This document shows positions 1-13,140 of a DNA stretch of 64,000 bases, piece after piece. The DNA lies in assembly GCA_964016885.1 (NCBI GenBank), contig OZ024741.1, positions 326,430,001 to 326,494,000 of the forward strand, given 5' to 3'. Made by a program: the position numbers and the translations under genes. Below the pieces are notes generated by a model. It was not told the origin of the DNA. It did not search any database and was given only the letters and a program-made list of their open reading frames with translations. The stretch is from Eledone cirrhosa. Taxonomy: Eukaryota. Position 1 is the first letter of the stretch; each line of letters begins with the position of its first letter.

Positions 1-780
1 GGACCTTAGACAGACAACAGGTTTCTGAGCATATATGCTGTGCCCAACAGAGCTGTCTTTTGTAAGGGTGCAACTTTCAATTTGAAGTGTATATGCTTAA
101 GGCGCCATCTTACTTGCAATAGAATCAAAATGTCTTACTCAAAAAGGTCTTACTCAATCGATATCATCTAGATATTATTCGATATTATTGGCCACATTCG
201 TGTTATTTCCACGTTTAAATTCATATATTTGTTATTTATTCAATTTCTGGCACCTACGCCTATTTCTATCAAAACTACAATACCTGCTCTGCTGTGTTAA
301 AGCTCACGTTCCGTTTGGATAGAGAAGTCCGTAAAATCTCGAGCTTTTCTCTTCCACCAAAGATATTTTCTCGGAGAAGAAGGTATCACTTATCGTCTCC
401 TGATATGCGTATTTTTGACACATTGACGAGGGAAGGTATATACGGAATTTGCCATATCCTCTTATATATTTCCTTTGCGCCTGCATTTTGCAAGCGCCCA
501 CTATGTCGGTAATAATTTGATACACACGCACTTCCTCCTTTCACCGAAGTGATATATATACCTTTAGTCTCCGACTGCGTATTCAACTTTTGGTATCAAC
601 AGTGCTTCAATGTCCTTTTTTAGATCACTCCAAATTGCATGTTTATTAATTAGTGATAGTTACTAGAGTAAATTGTTCCTTGCCACGTTGATTGTAATCA
701 GTCTGTTACCGGAATTGCAGTCCTGAATATTGAAACGAAAATTGGTATTACTAGAGATGTTATTTGCACTGTGATTATAA
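1..780 (-). mobile_element. Highly decayed 3' part of an RLE-type (R4/Dong-like) non-LTR retrotransposon
   Basis: Minus strand at ~20-66 reads LQKTALLGTAYMLRNL, the typical C-terminus of R4-like ORFs. IYITSVKGG (~530-560) resembles the LYLPRKxGGRG thumb motif. Many stops. Confidence 0.45.
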
Positions 781-1643
781 CTTCTTCATCACAGAATCTA
801 TATATATTTCTTTGTCTTATTTAATGGCACTGACGAGAATTTGCTGTGTATGTATATCTGTGATGACCAAATTGTCATAGACCTTCTAATGTCAGATTAG
901 AATACAACGTCATGTGGGATGTCTCAGGTTATTTCTTTCGGCCATTTGTGTTTTGATTTTGCCTGCTAGTTACTAGTTCGTAGCAATATCAGACTTGCCT
1001 TTCCCTTTACAAACATCGATGACAGAGAGAAGGCATATTTTCATGCAGGAGTGACTATTGGTGACATTTTTTGTTGTTGTCATTTCTTAGATTCTGGTTA
1101 AACGGAGAAAATTCGAATTCCACTGCCCTCTGTGCTACCTTATTTGTTTTCCTTTATGACTACGTGGTTTTATTTCAGTAAAATCGGGCCGTTTATGTTC
1201 GCAGATAGAAAGATCACATATATTGTACCAATCATGTGTGTGTAAGTTTCATTCATTTCTATATTGTTTAACTTTGTTTAAACTTTTAATTTGGCACAAT
1301 ATTTGGCTCGATTCCTTATTTTATTATATGTATGGCATTTCAGCTTTAGGTATCAAGTTTTTGTAAGGAACGTCCAGCATTTGTATTGATGGGTATAATA
1401 GACTATGTTATAATACATATTGCATAGGCTATTATGGAAGGCATCGAAACACGTGTTGGAATCACAAGTACTTAATACATGAATTAATTAACACCAACAT
1501 ATATGCCTCAGTCTTTTTCTACAATTCTTTCTATTTTACTCTCTCACTCATTTTCTCTCTCTCTCATTTTCTCTCTCTCTCTCTCTATCTCTCTATCTAT
1601 ATCTTTCTATATACATACATATATAATAAGAAGTTGATGTCCC

Positions 1644-1711
<68 letters not shown>

Positions 1712-3335
1712 TGGCTGCCAACTCGTTTTTGAGTACGGCCACTACTTTATATCCATGTAGGAGAACCCCTACCGATGCGCTAAACAAGTGTGACTATTTA
1801 GTCCAGCCAGCGACTTGAAAACTCTGGTACAAACACTACAACTGTGACAACTATTGACATATAGTGCTAAGCCCATGGCACCACGTGACGACAAGTGCAG
1901 AGAGATCTCCAGATATAAAGCAATGCCTGTGCCGTGAAGCTTTTATAGTGAGCAAAAGCACTGCACAAAGCCAGTCCCACTCTCTTAACCAAGATGATAT
2001 TTACCAAAAAGAAGAACAAGTCAACATCATTGGATACCATCAGGGTTGCAGGTGTTATATTAGAGTTTTCCATCTCCTAGAATTCTGCCTTGACAAAGGC
2101 TAAGGGGTCATCTCTCCCGGTGATTTTGGATGGCCATTGACTCTTAAGAGCTCCTTTGCACTTTGACAGGTTTTGTTGTTAGTCCTGCAGGATGTCCAAA
2201 GTCACCCTCCTCACCAATAAACCTTGGTGGGGTTGCCAGTTTAGTCGCCAACGACCCGACCATGAGACAGGTTGTACTGGGATACATGTTACCAGTAGCA
2301 CCAACTGGTGACCTGACATATATATATATATATACACATAAATACATACATAAATGTGCTTCTTCTGTCATATATACCACTACCCCACCCTATGCCACCA
2401 GTACCTTTCCTCGCACTTGCCTTTAGGGAAGGCATCTAGGTTAAAAAATCATGCCCAAATTTGAACGTTCGTTCAAGTTGTGGTTCTCTCCAGCATGCTT
2501 AGTCTCGCACAGCGACAACCATCGAACGTATTTAGGCTTGTAAAGTAGATATAAAATGATGACGATGATGATAAGGATTCAAGTAATGCATGTATTATAT
2601 ATATATATATATATATATACATATATACATATATATATACACACACACACACAAACACACACACACATATATATATATATATATGCTCGTAAGACATGTC
2701 AATATTTCTTCTAGATATATTCTTTCCCTAGTATAATAGGCAAAATAGTTCAATTCCTTAGGTTTCTTTCCTGTTTCTTTCTATCCGGGCGTCTATTAAA
2801 TCATCTAACAATCCGTGCGATAAAACACGGTTCAAGTTGTTTTCGTTTGTTCCGCGGATTAATGGATTTGTTTTATGGGAATTTTCTTCCTTCCTATATA
2901 TATCTCTTTCCAAAATATTTCTACTTCTTTATGTAGCGAAATCTCCCTTCTCTTTTGTTATTTTTTAAAACTTTTTATTCCGTTACTTTTTTTCTCTGGG
3001 AAGGTTCTGTTTGAATTTAGGCCGAATATATTTTCTTTGTTTTGGATTGGTTCGTAGTTTTTCTCTTTTTTTCTTTCAACTCAACGTAATCTCCAAGATT
3101 TTGGCTTTCATCTTTGGAATTAATCATTCCCTTTGTTTCGTTCGGTTATTGTTTGTCCATAACGTTAAATCATCTATAAATCATTGCTATCTGATTGGCT
3201 GATAGTTGTCTGCCGCGTGTTTTTTCTTCTGTCTAATTTTCATTTTATTATTCATTATTTTTGTTGTGGAATTTAGTATATACCTGTCTATTGTGTTGTC
3301 CCCTATATGTCGGCCCTTGTGGCCAATAAATGAAA

Positions 3336-3373
<38 letters not shown>

Positions 3374-3837
3374 GTTATTTTTGTTACTGTTGTTGTGGTT
3401 ATTGTTGCATCTTTTCTCTATAAGTTGATTTACTGTTCTACTGCGTTTTGTTTTCTTAGCCGAATCCTTCTTTGTATATTTTATTGATTTCTAAGATTTA
3501 TATCGATACATCGATATGTCGTGATGTAATATGTGTTGGTTTAGTCACATTATTTTTACATATAGTTTCATAGTCTTTTTTTCTCCTTTCCAAATTGTTG
3601 ACGAAGAAAATCTACACAAACATAAGTCCTTGAGGAGGGATTTTAAATGACGTGTCTTAGACAAAAAATGAATGGTTCTTATATGAAATTTAAAGATAGC
3701 TAGCTGACCCCGTAGAAATACAGTATAATAATGACATTCAAAATGTTTTATTCATAAGTTGTATTTGAAGAAACATAAATAGTATATACAGTACGCAATT
3801 ACAGTCAAACACGCACACACACACACACACACACACA

Positions 3838-3871
<34 letters not shown>

Positions 3872-3993
3872 AATCAAATTGGTATAATAACCAAATGGAG
3901 TATTTTACACATTTTATAAATCGAAGATAGGCACTAATTTTCGTCAAAGAATCCTCCTCCCCCCTCTCTCTCTCATTCTCTCTCCTACTCTCA

Positions 3994-4092
<99 letters not shown>

Positions 4093-4264
4093 AATTTGTA
4101 TGTATGTATCTATCTATCTAACAATCTGCGTAGCTATCTATCTTCTTATTCCTCTCGAATTTTCTCTCCCTCAATCTCTTTCTCTGTGAAACGCAATCTT
4201 ACCTACCTTTTTCCATAAGAACTGGTATATGATAGTGCACATACTTAAATATGGAATGATACGC

Positions 4265-6150
4265 GATGGGAACCCCAAGAGCTCCGGTGGACAGGATGGA
4301 GAAGGCGTTTCCACGGAGGACGGCAAGGGAGACACGCTGGAAAAGCCATTCCAACCCGCGGGGTTCACACCTGTGGCTGGCCAGCTCAGCGCCTATGGTG
4401 TTGAGTAGGGAGGTAGCCCTAGGGCCGAGGACACCAGAACTCTCCACTGCCAGGGGTACAACCGCAAACCTATCGGAGAGCGACCGGTATTTGAGGAGTT
4501 TGACCTCCTCAGCTCGACATGCAGTAGAACATGGGTTAGTCGCAGACTGCACCAGGCTGCGACTGCAGAAAGTGTCGGTGCAAGTAGCATCCCAGACGAG
4601 GGGTTTTCCTCCGCGGAACTGGAAGATGGTCATGCCATCTGGCGTTTTGCCATCCCCTCGGTCCAGCCCCACCTGCTCGAGCTTGGAAGGGAAGCCCGCG
4701 GCGTCGAAGCCATGCTTTATGACCTCCTTGAGGGAAGCATGGCGTGGACGGCGGCCGGCAGTGTGGCGATAGGAAAGCGGGTGGAGGCCGAAAGTATCCA
4801 CGGTGGATCCGCAGCGACATTGGTGTGGCTCACAGATCCGAAGGCCGAGGCTCAAGGAATCGCCGATGCGCAGGCTATTGTTGTCTAGCTGCGTCCCACT
4901 GGCGAAGTAGGGCAGGCCATAGAGCCACACGCCACTGTGGTGTTTGGAGGCCGCACGAAAACAGGCAAGGCGGTGCTGGTCGAGCTGGGGCGTGAGTCTG
5001 TCTGGATGTCACCTCAAGTGCTTTGGGGGGACTTGACGTCAACAGGGGGATAAGGTGGAGGGACGTCTACTGGACTAAGTCCCAGCCGGTCCCACGTCTC
5101 ACAAGCGGCCTCACGTTCTCTGAACACAGAGGGTTCTATTTTGTTTTGAAGAACGTTGTTGACGAGGACGCGGCACGAGGTTATCGACGAAAGATACGCC
5201 GGCAAAGCCAGCGAGATAGGGGGCCGGAGGCCAAAGCCGCCATACCTGACATTGGCCTGTTGCCATCCAATGTCGTTAAACTTGACGTTGCATATCTCCT
5301 TGGCTGCTGCTCGGATACAATTATCGAGGTCAGCGAGAAGAGATGTGTGGGTGTAGCACGGAGCGCTGCGAAGGGTATAGATGAGCTTCAGCATGGCGAA
5401 GCAGTTCCTCAACAGAAAGAGAGCTGGGTGACCATCGATCAAGCCCAGTCGGCTCGTGAGCGTCTGGAGTTGTTGAAGCCTGGACCTGATGGTGGAGCGG
5501 ATGGCCGGGGGGTGGATCGGTGACCCGAGGATGAGAACATCCCCTTTGGGGGTCACCTGTACCTGGTGGAGAATGGACCGCACGTCTGAGACGGAGACTA
5601 CAAAGCTTTCAGCACCGTGGCTGACATTCCCCACCTCCGTCTTGGCCGAGTTGATCTGGAGGCCGATTTCTGCCAGGGCAAGAACCACCGACTGTAGGTC
5701 ATGGCCGACAGTCTGTACGGGCCCGCCCAACGTAGCATCATCCAGATACCAAAAGTTGATAAGGCCGCGATACTCCGGGCGATGTGGTCTATACCAAGGG
5801 CAAACACGAGGGATCCATAAGGGTCGCCCTGTTGGGCCCCAGTAGCCAAAGATATGACCGTATCAGCAGCAAGGAGCATGCTCCGGGCTCCATACGACAG
5901 GTAGGCCAGCTGGTAGGCAGAGGGGGCTTAGCTGAGGCAGGCATCGAGCAGATGGTTCCAGCGTAAGCAGTTGAAGGCATTCCTCATGTCAAGCTTGACA
6001 ATGAGGCGCCTGGAGTCCCTGGATGCTGGTTCTGCTGGGCAGCTGTTGAAGAACTGCCCGGTTGAAGGTGCCGCCCCCTTACAGCCACTGGACACGCCGA
6101 CACCCAGTTGCACCGGACTGAACTCCTGACCCAGTTCGGATGTTATGTAC
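4265..6150 (-). mobile_element. 5'-truncated CRE-like non-LTR retrotransposon (RT + C-terminal restriction-like endonuclease), frameshifted
   Basis: GC-rich island. RT motifs QLGVG, KLDMRNAFN, GAQQGDPYG and WYLDD are spread over several frames (5014-6113). ORF 4199-4930 has the CxC..H zinc knuckle, RH, PDG, WD and E..K..KY RLE motifs. Confidence 0.85.
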
Positions 6151-6539
6151 AGCGTGGCAAGAAATCGAAAGTTTTAGGCAACATAGCTTCTGTCAACACT
6201 CTGTCACACTTTCTTTCATTCTCAACGCCCTCACACTATTAACGCCCCTGCAATTGACATTTTACACGAAATATGTAACAGCATTAATATAATAAGGCTT
6301 AAAACTTTGGGTCAAAATATCTGGGTAAATAGTGAGTCTTTGCACTCTGTAGTTAAATCTCCTCTTTTTCCATTTCTTAGAGAAGTCTAAACCCCATTAT
6401 CAGGCTAAAATTTCTTTATTCAAAAATACGGCGAAAGCTTCTATTTCTAATTTCAAACTCGCTCGCTGTTTCAAACATACTTTTATATATATATCTAAAA
6501 AAGTCTAAAGTCAGTCTTAAGCTAGAAGGATAATTTGGC

Positions 6540-6783
6540 CGGTATTTATCCCGGTTTCATGGAGTGAAGCGATTGAGAGTACAAGACTCCCCCCTGGACA
6601 GGACGCCAGTCCATCACAGGGTTAAACTCCAGCTATTGCTGGTACTGATTCTCAGGTGAGTATACTGGAGCACTGCGAAATAAAGTGTTTCGCTCAAGAA
6701 CCCAACACGCAACCCACGAATCAAACTCACGACATTATGATCGCAAGTACAACACCCTTAACACTAGGTCACATGCTTCCACG
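6540..6783 (-). mobile_element. tRNA-derived SINE (CORE/V-domain-like body)
   Basis: Minus strand starts gtggaagcatgtgacctagtg (A-box-like), then gagtttgattc (B-box-like). Body contains gatggactggcgtcctgtccaggggg. A second copy lies at ~23215-23470. Confidence 0.7.
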
Positions 6784-6959
6784 CACATACTTTATATATA
6801 TATATATATATATACATATATGTATATATATATATATATGTATATTTATATGGAACTCATTTAATGGAACTCATTTAACCATCTTTTGATCTTATATATT
6901 ATATATATATATGTATATGTAGTGAAAAATTGAACAGGAACAAAACAGAGAGGCAGTAC

Positions 6960-7287
6960 GAACAAAGGTTTATTAATTTCACGCTCTTGAAAGTGGGGTG
7001 GTGGTGGGGAACGACGTTTCGGGCATAAGCCCTTCTTCAGGTGAAAAGTGTGCGGGAAGAGAGTTCAAAGGGTGTGTAATGGAGTGGTGGAGAGACATAT
7101 AACAAAAAGGGGTGAGAGGAAATGGTGCAAATGAAATTAAAAATAAAGGCCTGATCAAAATAAAATTAAAATGGGGTAAAACAGGTGGTGGAAGGGTGTG
7201 GGGCATGTAGGGGTGGTGGCCGGTTGAGTGGGGAGAGGCAGACGGGGTGTCCGAGCGGGGAGGGCTGAAGGTGGTGTGTTTAGGTGT

Positions 7288-7324
<37 letters not shown>

Positions 7325-9400
7325 CAAGGGTTGGGGGAAGAACGGGGTTGCATGTTCAGGAAGAGGTGTGTGTGGGGTGGGGTGTTGGTCGGAGTGTGTG
7401 TGCGTGTGTGGATAGAGGGGTGGGGGAGAGCTTTCCGGAGGCTGAATGTGTAAATATGTGCTGGTACGCACGTGTTTGTGTGGTGTTTATGCGTGTTGTG
7501 GATGTAGGTGGCGTGTGGGAAAAAAAATGTTATGGGTGTATGTCTGGGGGTGAGTTGTAAAGGTAATTCCGTAAAAAGATGTGGTGGAATGCTGAATAAA
7601 ATCCTTGGGATGCGGTAGATTCTCGGGATCAAGGTTCACATATGTGTAATCCGTGAAGAGATTGGTCGGAAGAAGGGAGTTGTGGGGTGCGCGCGCAATA
7701 GGAAGTGGTCAGAGGGTCAAGGCAGGCGCTGGGTTGTGTGTCTGTGTGTGCGGGGAGGTGGTCAGAGAGGCATAGCAGCAGTAGGGTAGAATGGTAAGTG
7801 AAGAAAGTCGGTGTGTCAGTGTGTGCCAAGGTGCGGTGGACAGGGGAGAGGATGGGTAGGTGTGAAAGTTGGAGTGAGGAGGGGGTGTGTGTGTATTAGT
7901 AGAGGTGTTAGTGGGATGTGTGAGTGTTTGAGAAAGGGTGTGGGTGGAGCGGGGAGAGAAGGGTATGGGGGCCGATGGAGGGAGTGTAGTGTACTGGTAT
8001 GCGTGTGTAGTGAAGGGGGTGTTAGTGGGTGTTAGTATACTGGAGGTGGAGAAAGGGTTGAATGCGGGTATGAGTGGGGGTCAGTGGTGGTAGGGTGTGA
8101 AGAGTGGGTGGTGTAAGAGGGTGTGTGTGTTCGTGTGCGTAGGGTTCGGGGGCGTTAGTGATGTTAGTTGCGTGTAGAGTGGGTGGTGTAAGTGGGTGTG
8201 TGTGTTCGTATGCTTGGGGTCAGGGGGTGTTAGTGATGTTAGTTGCGGGGTGGTGGGGTGGATGTGTGGGGGTGAGGGTTAGTGGTGGTGGTAGGGTGTG
8301 TGTTTAGTGTGAGCGCGTGTATATATGTACCGGTGGGTGTATGCGTGTGATAAGGAGGGGGGAGGAGAAGAAGGGAGGGATGTTAGTATGTTAGTTGGGG
8401 AAGGGTGGTTGGTGGGGGTGGAGGTGTTAGTATTGTTAGTTGTGGGGTCGGCGGTGAAAAGGAGGATTGTGTTAGTGCTGTTAGTGGGGGATATGTGTGG
8501 GGGGACGGGGGCGGTCGAAGGCTAAAGGAATAAGTGTGGGGAGTTCAGGCCGGGGGGAGTGGGGGTCTGTAGGATGAAGATGGTTTGTTTTTCGACCTTT
8601 AGGAGATTGGCGGGTGTTCCGTGGCATTGGAGTAGGCCACAGACTGTGAGGTGGTGTGCGGAATGTCCAGGGGCACCAAAGTGGCGCGCGATGGGGGAAC
8701 TACAACCGAGACGAATATCCCGGAGGTGCTCAGTAAATCTGTCCGCCAGGCGACGTCTAGTCCGTAGACTAGGTTGGAGGAGGTGCACCGGAAGGCATGC
8801 AGGACAGAGAGAGTGGCCGTTGGGACCCTGGAAGGTGGTGGTGTTGGTGGTGTTGAGACAGGTGTTGCAGCGGGGCCTAAAACAGGGAAAGGAACCGGGG
8901 GGGGATGGCGTGGGTTGGCAGGTAGGGAGCTGTGGGCGAGGAAGGTGCGGAGATTGCGTGCGCGTTTGAAGGAGGGGAGTGGTGGGGCTGGGAAGATGTG
9001 GGAGGTGGAGGGGTCGGACTGGAGGCGTCGGAAGAGGCGGGGGATGGTGCGATGGATGGGTATGTTGGAGGGGTGGTAGATGATGGGGAAGGGGAGACGG
9101 TGGGTGGGTGTGCGGTGGTGTGGGGTGAGGGTGGTGGAGCGGAGGACAGCAGGGGCGCGGGTGAGAGCGGTGTGGACGAGAGAGGGGGGGTAACCTCTGT
9201 GGATGAAATGGCTTACTAGGGAAAGGGCCTGGGACTCAAAGTCAACATCTCGGCTACAGAGTCAGCGGATCCTGAAGAGATGGGAGTAGGGAATAGAGTG
9301 TTTAGTTGGGGTGGGAAGAGGTGAAGTCGATGTAGGAGTGGGAGTCGGTGGGTTGGAAGAAGGAGGAGGTAACGAGGGAGTGGTAAGAGGGGTCGAAGGC
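6960..9400 (-). mobile_element. Penelope-like element 1 (5'-truncated; GIY-YIG endonuclease + long C-rich 3' region)
   Basis: ORF 8522-8788 reads TRRRLADRFTEH...IARHF...GH...VEKQTIFILQT..PPGLN (GIY-YIG C-terminal half). It is preceded by the Cys linker PGSFPCFRPRCNTC. A hammerhead core lies at the 3' end. Confidence 0.8.
7011..7043 (-). ncRNA. Minimal hammerhead ribozyme core at the PLE-1 3' end (weak stem I)
   Basis: Minus strand: CTGAAGA-a-gggc-ttat-gccc-GAAA-CG-TC. Stem III is the palindrome ACGT and the triplet is GUC. Only 2 bp of stem I can form. Confidence 0.55.
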
Positions 9401-9406
9401 GACGGA

Positions 9407-12042
9407 ATAAATGGAATAGAATGAAACGAAATTTCATTTCTCACTCTTGGTACGTCACTTACTTAAATGTAAGTATGTATGTATACGTACATACATATAT
9501 GTATACAGACGTACAGTAGTATGTATATATACATACATGCACACATATATATATGCACGTATCGGTTTACCGAACATTTATTATAATGCTCGGTTTGTTT
9601 GTTTGTTTGTAAACAAACAAAGCTCGAATTACCCCGTACAGTGTTTAGGCAACCACGTCACCTTTTTTGTTCAACACTGACACAGGAACGATGTAATAGT
9701 TTCAAGCTTATTAGCTATTGTCAGCATCGTATACCTTCCTGCCAGATGGTTGAACGTCATAAAGTATATACTTTCCTTATGCATATTAACGGCTGAGCAG
9801 CCAAATTTGCATATCGAATGAGTTTAGTCAGCCGGGCGTACCGAAAGCGATAAATGGAATAGAATGAAAAGAAATTTCATTTCTCACTCTTAGTACGGCA
9901 CTTACTAAAATGTAAGTATGTATGTATGTATACGTACATACATATATCTATACAGACGAACAGTAGTATGTATATATATACATACATGCACACATATATA
10001 TATGCACGTATCGGTTTACGGAACATTAATTATAATGCTCGGTTTGTTTGTTTGTGAACAAACAAACAGCCCGAATTACGCCGCACAGTGTTTAGGTAAC
10101 CACGTCACCTTTTTGTTCAACAATGACACAGGAAGGATGTAATAGTTTCAAGCTTATTAGCTATCCTCAGCATCGTATACCTTCCTGCCAGATGGTTGAA
10201 CGTCTGAAAGTAAATAATTTCCTTATGCATATTAACGGCTGAGCACCCTCATTTGCATAGCGAGTGAGTTCAGTCGGCCGGGCGCACCGAAAACGATAAA
10301 TGTAATAGAATGAAAGGAAATTTCATTTCTCACTCTTAGTACGTCACTTACTTAAATGTAAGTATGTATGTATGTATACGTACATACATATATGTATACA
10401 GACGTACAGTAGTATGTATATATATATATATATATACATGCACACATATATATATGCACGTATCGGTTTACGAAACATTTATTATAATGCTAGGTTTCTT
10501 TGTTTGTAAACAAACAAACATCCCGATTTAGGCCGTATAGTGTTTAGGTAACCACGTCACCTTTTTGTTCAACATTGACACAGTAACGATGTACTAGTTT
10601 CAAGCTTATTAACTATCGTCAGCACCGTATACCTTCCTGCCAGATGGTTGAACGTCTGAAAGTATATACTTACCTTATGCATATTAACGGCTGAGCAGCC
10701 TAATTTGCATATCGAGTGAGTTCGGTCGACCAGGCGCACCGAAAATGATAAATGGAATAGAATGAAAGGAAATTTCATTTCTCACTCTGAGAACGGCACT
10801 TACTTAAATGTAAGTATGTATGTATACGTAATACATATATGTATACAGACGTACAGTAGTATGTATATATATACATACATGCACACATAAAAATATGCAC
10901 GTATCGGTTTACGGAACATTTATTATAATGCTCGGTTTGTTTGTTTGTAAACAAACAATTAGCCCGAATTACGCCGTATAGTGTTTAGGCAAACACGTCA
11001 CCTTTTTTGTTCAACACTGACCCATGAACAATGTACTCATTTCAAGCTTATTAGCTATCGTCAGCATCGTATACCTTCCTGCCAGATGGTTGAACGTCTG
11101 AAAGTATATACTTTCCTTATGCATATTAACGGCTGAGCAGCTTAATTTGCACATCGAGTGAGTTCAGTCGGCCGGGCGCACCGAAAACGCTAAATGGAAT
11201 AGAATGAAAGGAAATTTCATTTCTCAATCTTAGTACGGCGCTTACTTAAATGTAAGTATGTATGTATGTATACGTACATACATATATGTATACAGACGTA
11301 CAGTAGTATGTATATATATACATACATGCAGACATATATATATATGCACGTATCGGTTTACGGAACATTTTTTAAAATGCTCGGTTTGTTTGTTTGTAAA
11401 CAAACAGCCCGAATTACGCCGTACAGTGTTTAGGCAACCACGTCACCTTTTTGTTCAACACTGACACAGGAACGATGTACTAGTTTCAAGCTTATAAGCT
11501 ATCGTCAGCATCGTATACCTTCCTGCCAGATGGTTGAACGTCTGAAAGTATATACTTTCCTTATGCATATTAACGGCTGAGCAGCCTAATTTGCATATCG
11601 AGTGAGTTCAGTCGGCCGGGCGCACGGAAAACGATAAATGGAATAGAATGAAAGGAAATTTCATTTATCACTCTGAGAACGGCACTTACTTAAATGTAAG
11701 TATGTATGTATGTATAGAGACGTACATACATGCACATATATATATATATATATATATGCACGTATCGGTTTACGGAACATTTATTATAATGCTCGGTTTG
11801 TTTGTTTGTAAACAAACAAACAGCCCGCATTACGCCGTACAGTGTTTAGGCAACCACGTCACCTTTTTGTTCAACACTGACACAGGAACGATGTACTAGT
11901 TTGTTTGTTTGCAATAAATGTTCGGTAAACCGATACGTGCATATATATATAGGTGTGCATGTATGTATATATATACATACTACTGTACGTCTGTCTACAT
12001 ATATGTATGTACGTATACATACATACATACATACTTACATTT
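9407..12042 (-). repeat. Tandem array (~5.6 x ~445 bp) of a hammerhead-containing non-coding monomer with a terminal inverted partial copy; retrozyme-like
   Basis: Units begin (a)taaatggaatagaatgaaa at ~9407, 9850, 10296, 10748, 11190 and 11634. The array breaks at ~11900 and continues as an inverted partial copy to ~12042. Each complete unit carries a minus-strand HHR. Confidence 0.9.
11467..11525 (-). ncRNA. Type I minimal hammerhead ribozyme (best-conserved copy in the array)
   Basis: caggaa-ggtat-acgatg-CTGACGA-tagcttataagctt-GAAA-CTAG-TA-catcgt-tcctg. Stem I is acgatg/catcgt with a caggaa/ttcctg extension, stem III is the palindrome ACTAGT, and the triplet is GUA. Confidence 0.9.
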
Positions 12043-12186
12043 ATATATATATATATATATATGTAGTAGGTGAGTGTTATTGTAGCACAATAAAGCAATG
12101 CAAATATCGGATAAGTAGCACTCTACATTTTGTAGGATTGGAGTATAAATAATATAAGATCAAACGTTGGTTACAAGAGTTCCAAG

Positions 12187-12257
12187 TATTTTATTATGCG
12201 CATTTCAAAAACAAATATCATCATGGGATGATATCTGCGTTCTCATCAGATAAAATA
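12187..12257 (-). ncRNA. Type I hammerhead ribozyme in the PLE-2 pseudo-LTR
   Basis: tattttat-CTGATGA-gaacgcagatatcatc-ccat-gatgatatttgttttt-GAAA-TGCGCA-TA-ataaaata. Stem I is a perfect 8 bp and stem III is palindromic. Confidence 0.88.
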
Positions 12258-12768
12258 GGGAGACATGATATGCACCTTTAAAAACACTTGTGAGCAGTGA
12301 ACTTTTAAATCAACATATGAAAAATAAACTAAGATGGATATATGAGATTTGGAAAAAAATGAGGGGGAGGTAGTAAATGGTAAGGAAGAGGAAGAAAGAA
12401 AAATAAAGGATGGTGGGGTGGAGTATAAGAAGGAAGGATGAGAGAGGAGGAGAAATAAGTGATAGAGAGGGAGAAATAGCCTTTACAACTGAGAAAACAT
12501 TGTCTCACAGAGAGAAATTAAGAAACCGTTGTAAGATAATAGATAATTTCAAAGATTTTGAAATTAAAAGTTAATGAGGTTTATGCATGAAGAAAAAGGA
12601 ATTAAGAATAGTATTAAATTAAGGTTTGTATATTGAAGGGTTTAATAATATGTGCGGAAAAAAGAATTCATTAATATGTATTATTAAAATTAAAATATTA
12701 ATGGTATTAAGTATATAATGTGAAAGAAGGAGAAGAATAAATGAATTATGAACTTAGAGGAATTAGTA

Positions 12769-13140
12769 TTAGTTAGGGTTTAAGTTTGTTTTTATGTATT
12801 GTAATATGTAAAAGTAAATAGTAGGTTTAAAACGAGCACGGAAGGAGAGAAGAAAAAAGAACATTTAAGGAGGAAAAATATCTAACGTCAAAAATTATAT
12901 ATGTTTACGAACATTTTCTAATGGTAATATTATAATATATTAAAAAAGGAATTAGTTAGGGTTTAAGTTTGTTTTTATGTATTGCAATATGTAAAAGTAA
13001 AAGTAAATAGTAGGTTTAAAACGAGCACGGAAGGAGAGAAGAAAAAATAAAAATTTAAGGAAGAAAAAATATCTAACGTCAAAAAGTATATATGTTTACG
13101 AAAATCTTCTAATAGTAATATTATAATATATTAAAAAAGT
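12769..13140. repeat. ~183-bp direct duplication inside the PLE-2 3' region
   Basis: ttagttagggtttaagtttgtttttatgtattg... recurs at ~12769 and ~12952. Confidence 0.8.

Noticed and set aside
825-1128. ggca-CTGACGA-gaattt...aaattc-GAAT-tcc-AC-tgcc as a giant-stem-II hammerhead
   Set aside because: Needs a ~270-nt stem II and a non-canonical 15.1-16.1 pair; could be chance.
1311-1463. Hammerhead remnant gattcc...GAAA-CACGTG-TT-ggaatc
   Set aside because: The CUGANGA core is absent; at best a dead relic.
1710-2440. Possible 5' UTR/APE remnant of a LINE on the minus strand
   Set aside because: Only faint motif echoes (VNIILV.E, SGDLSA); too decayed to support.
4266-5845. Plus-strand ORFs of 118-168 aa
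   Set aside because: Antisense shadows of the GC-rich CRE-like coding region.
9407-11900. CRISPR-like or rDNA/snRNA tandem array
   Set aside because: Units are wholly repeated with no unique spacers, and no 5S, U-snRNA or tRNA sequence is recognisable.
12770-12965. TTAGGG telomeric seeds
   Set aside because: Single hexamers inside a local duplication, not a telomeric array.
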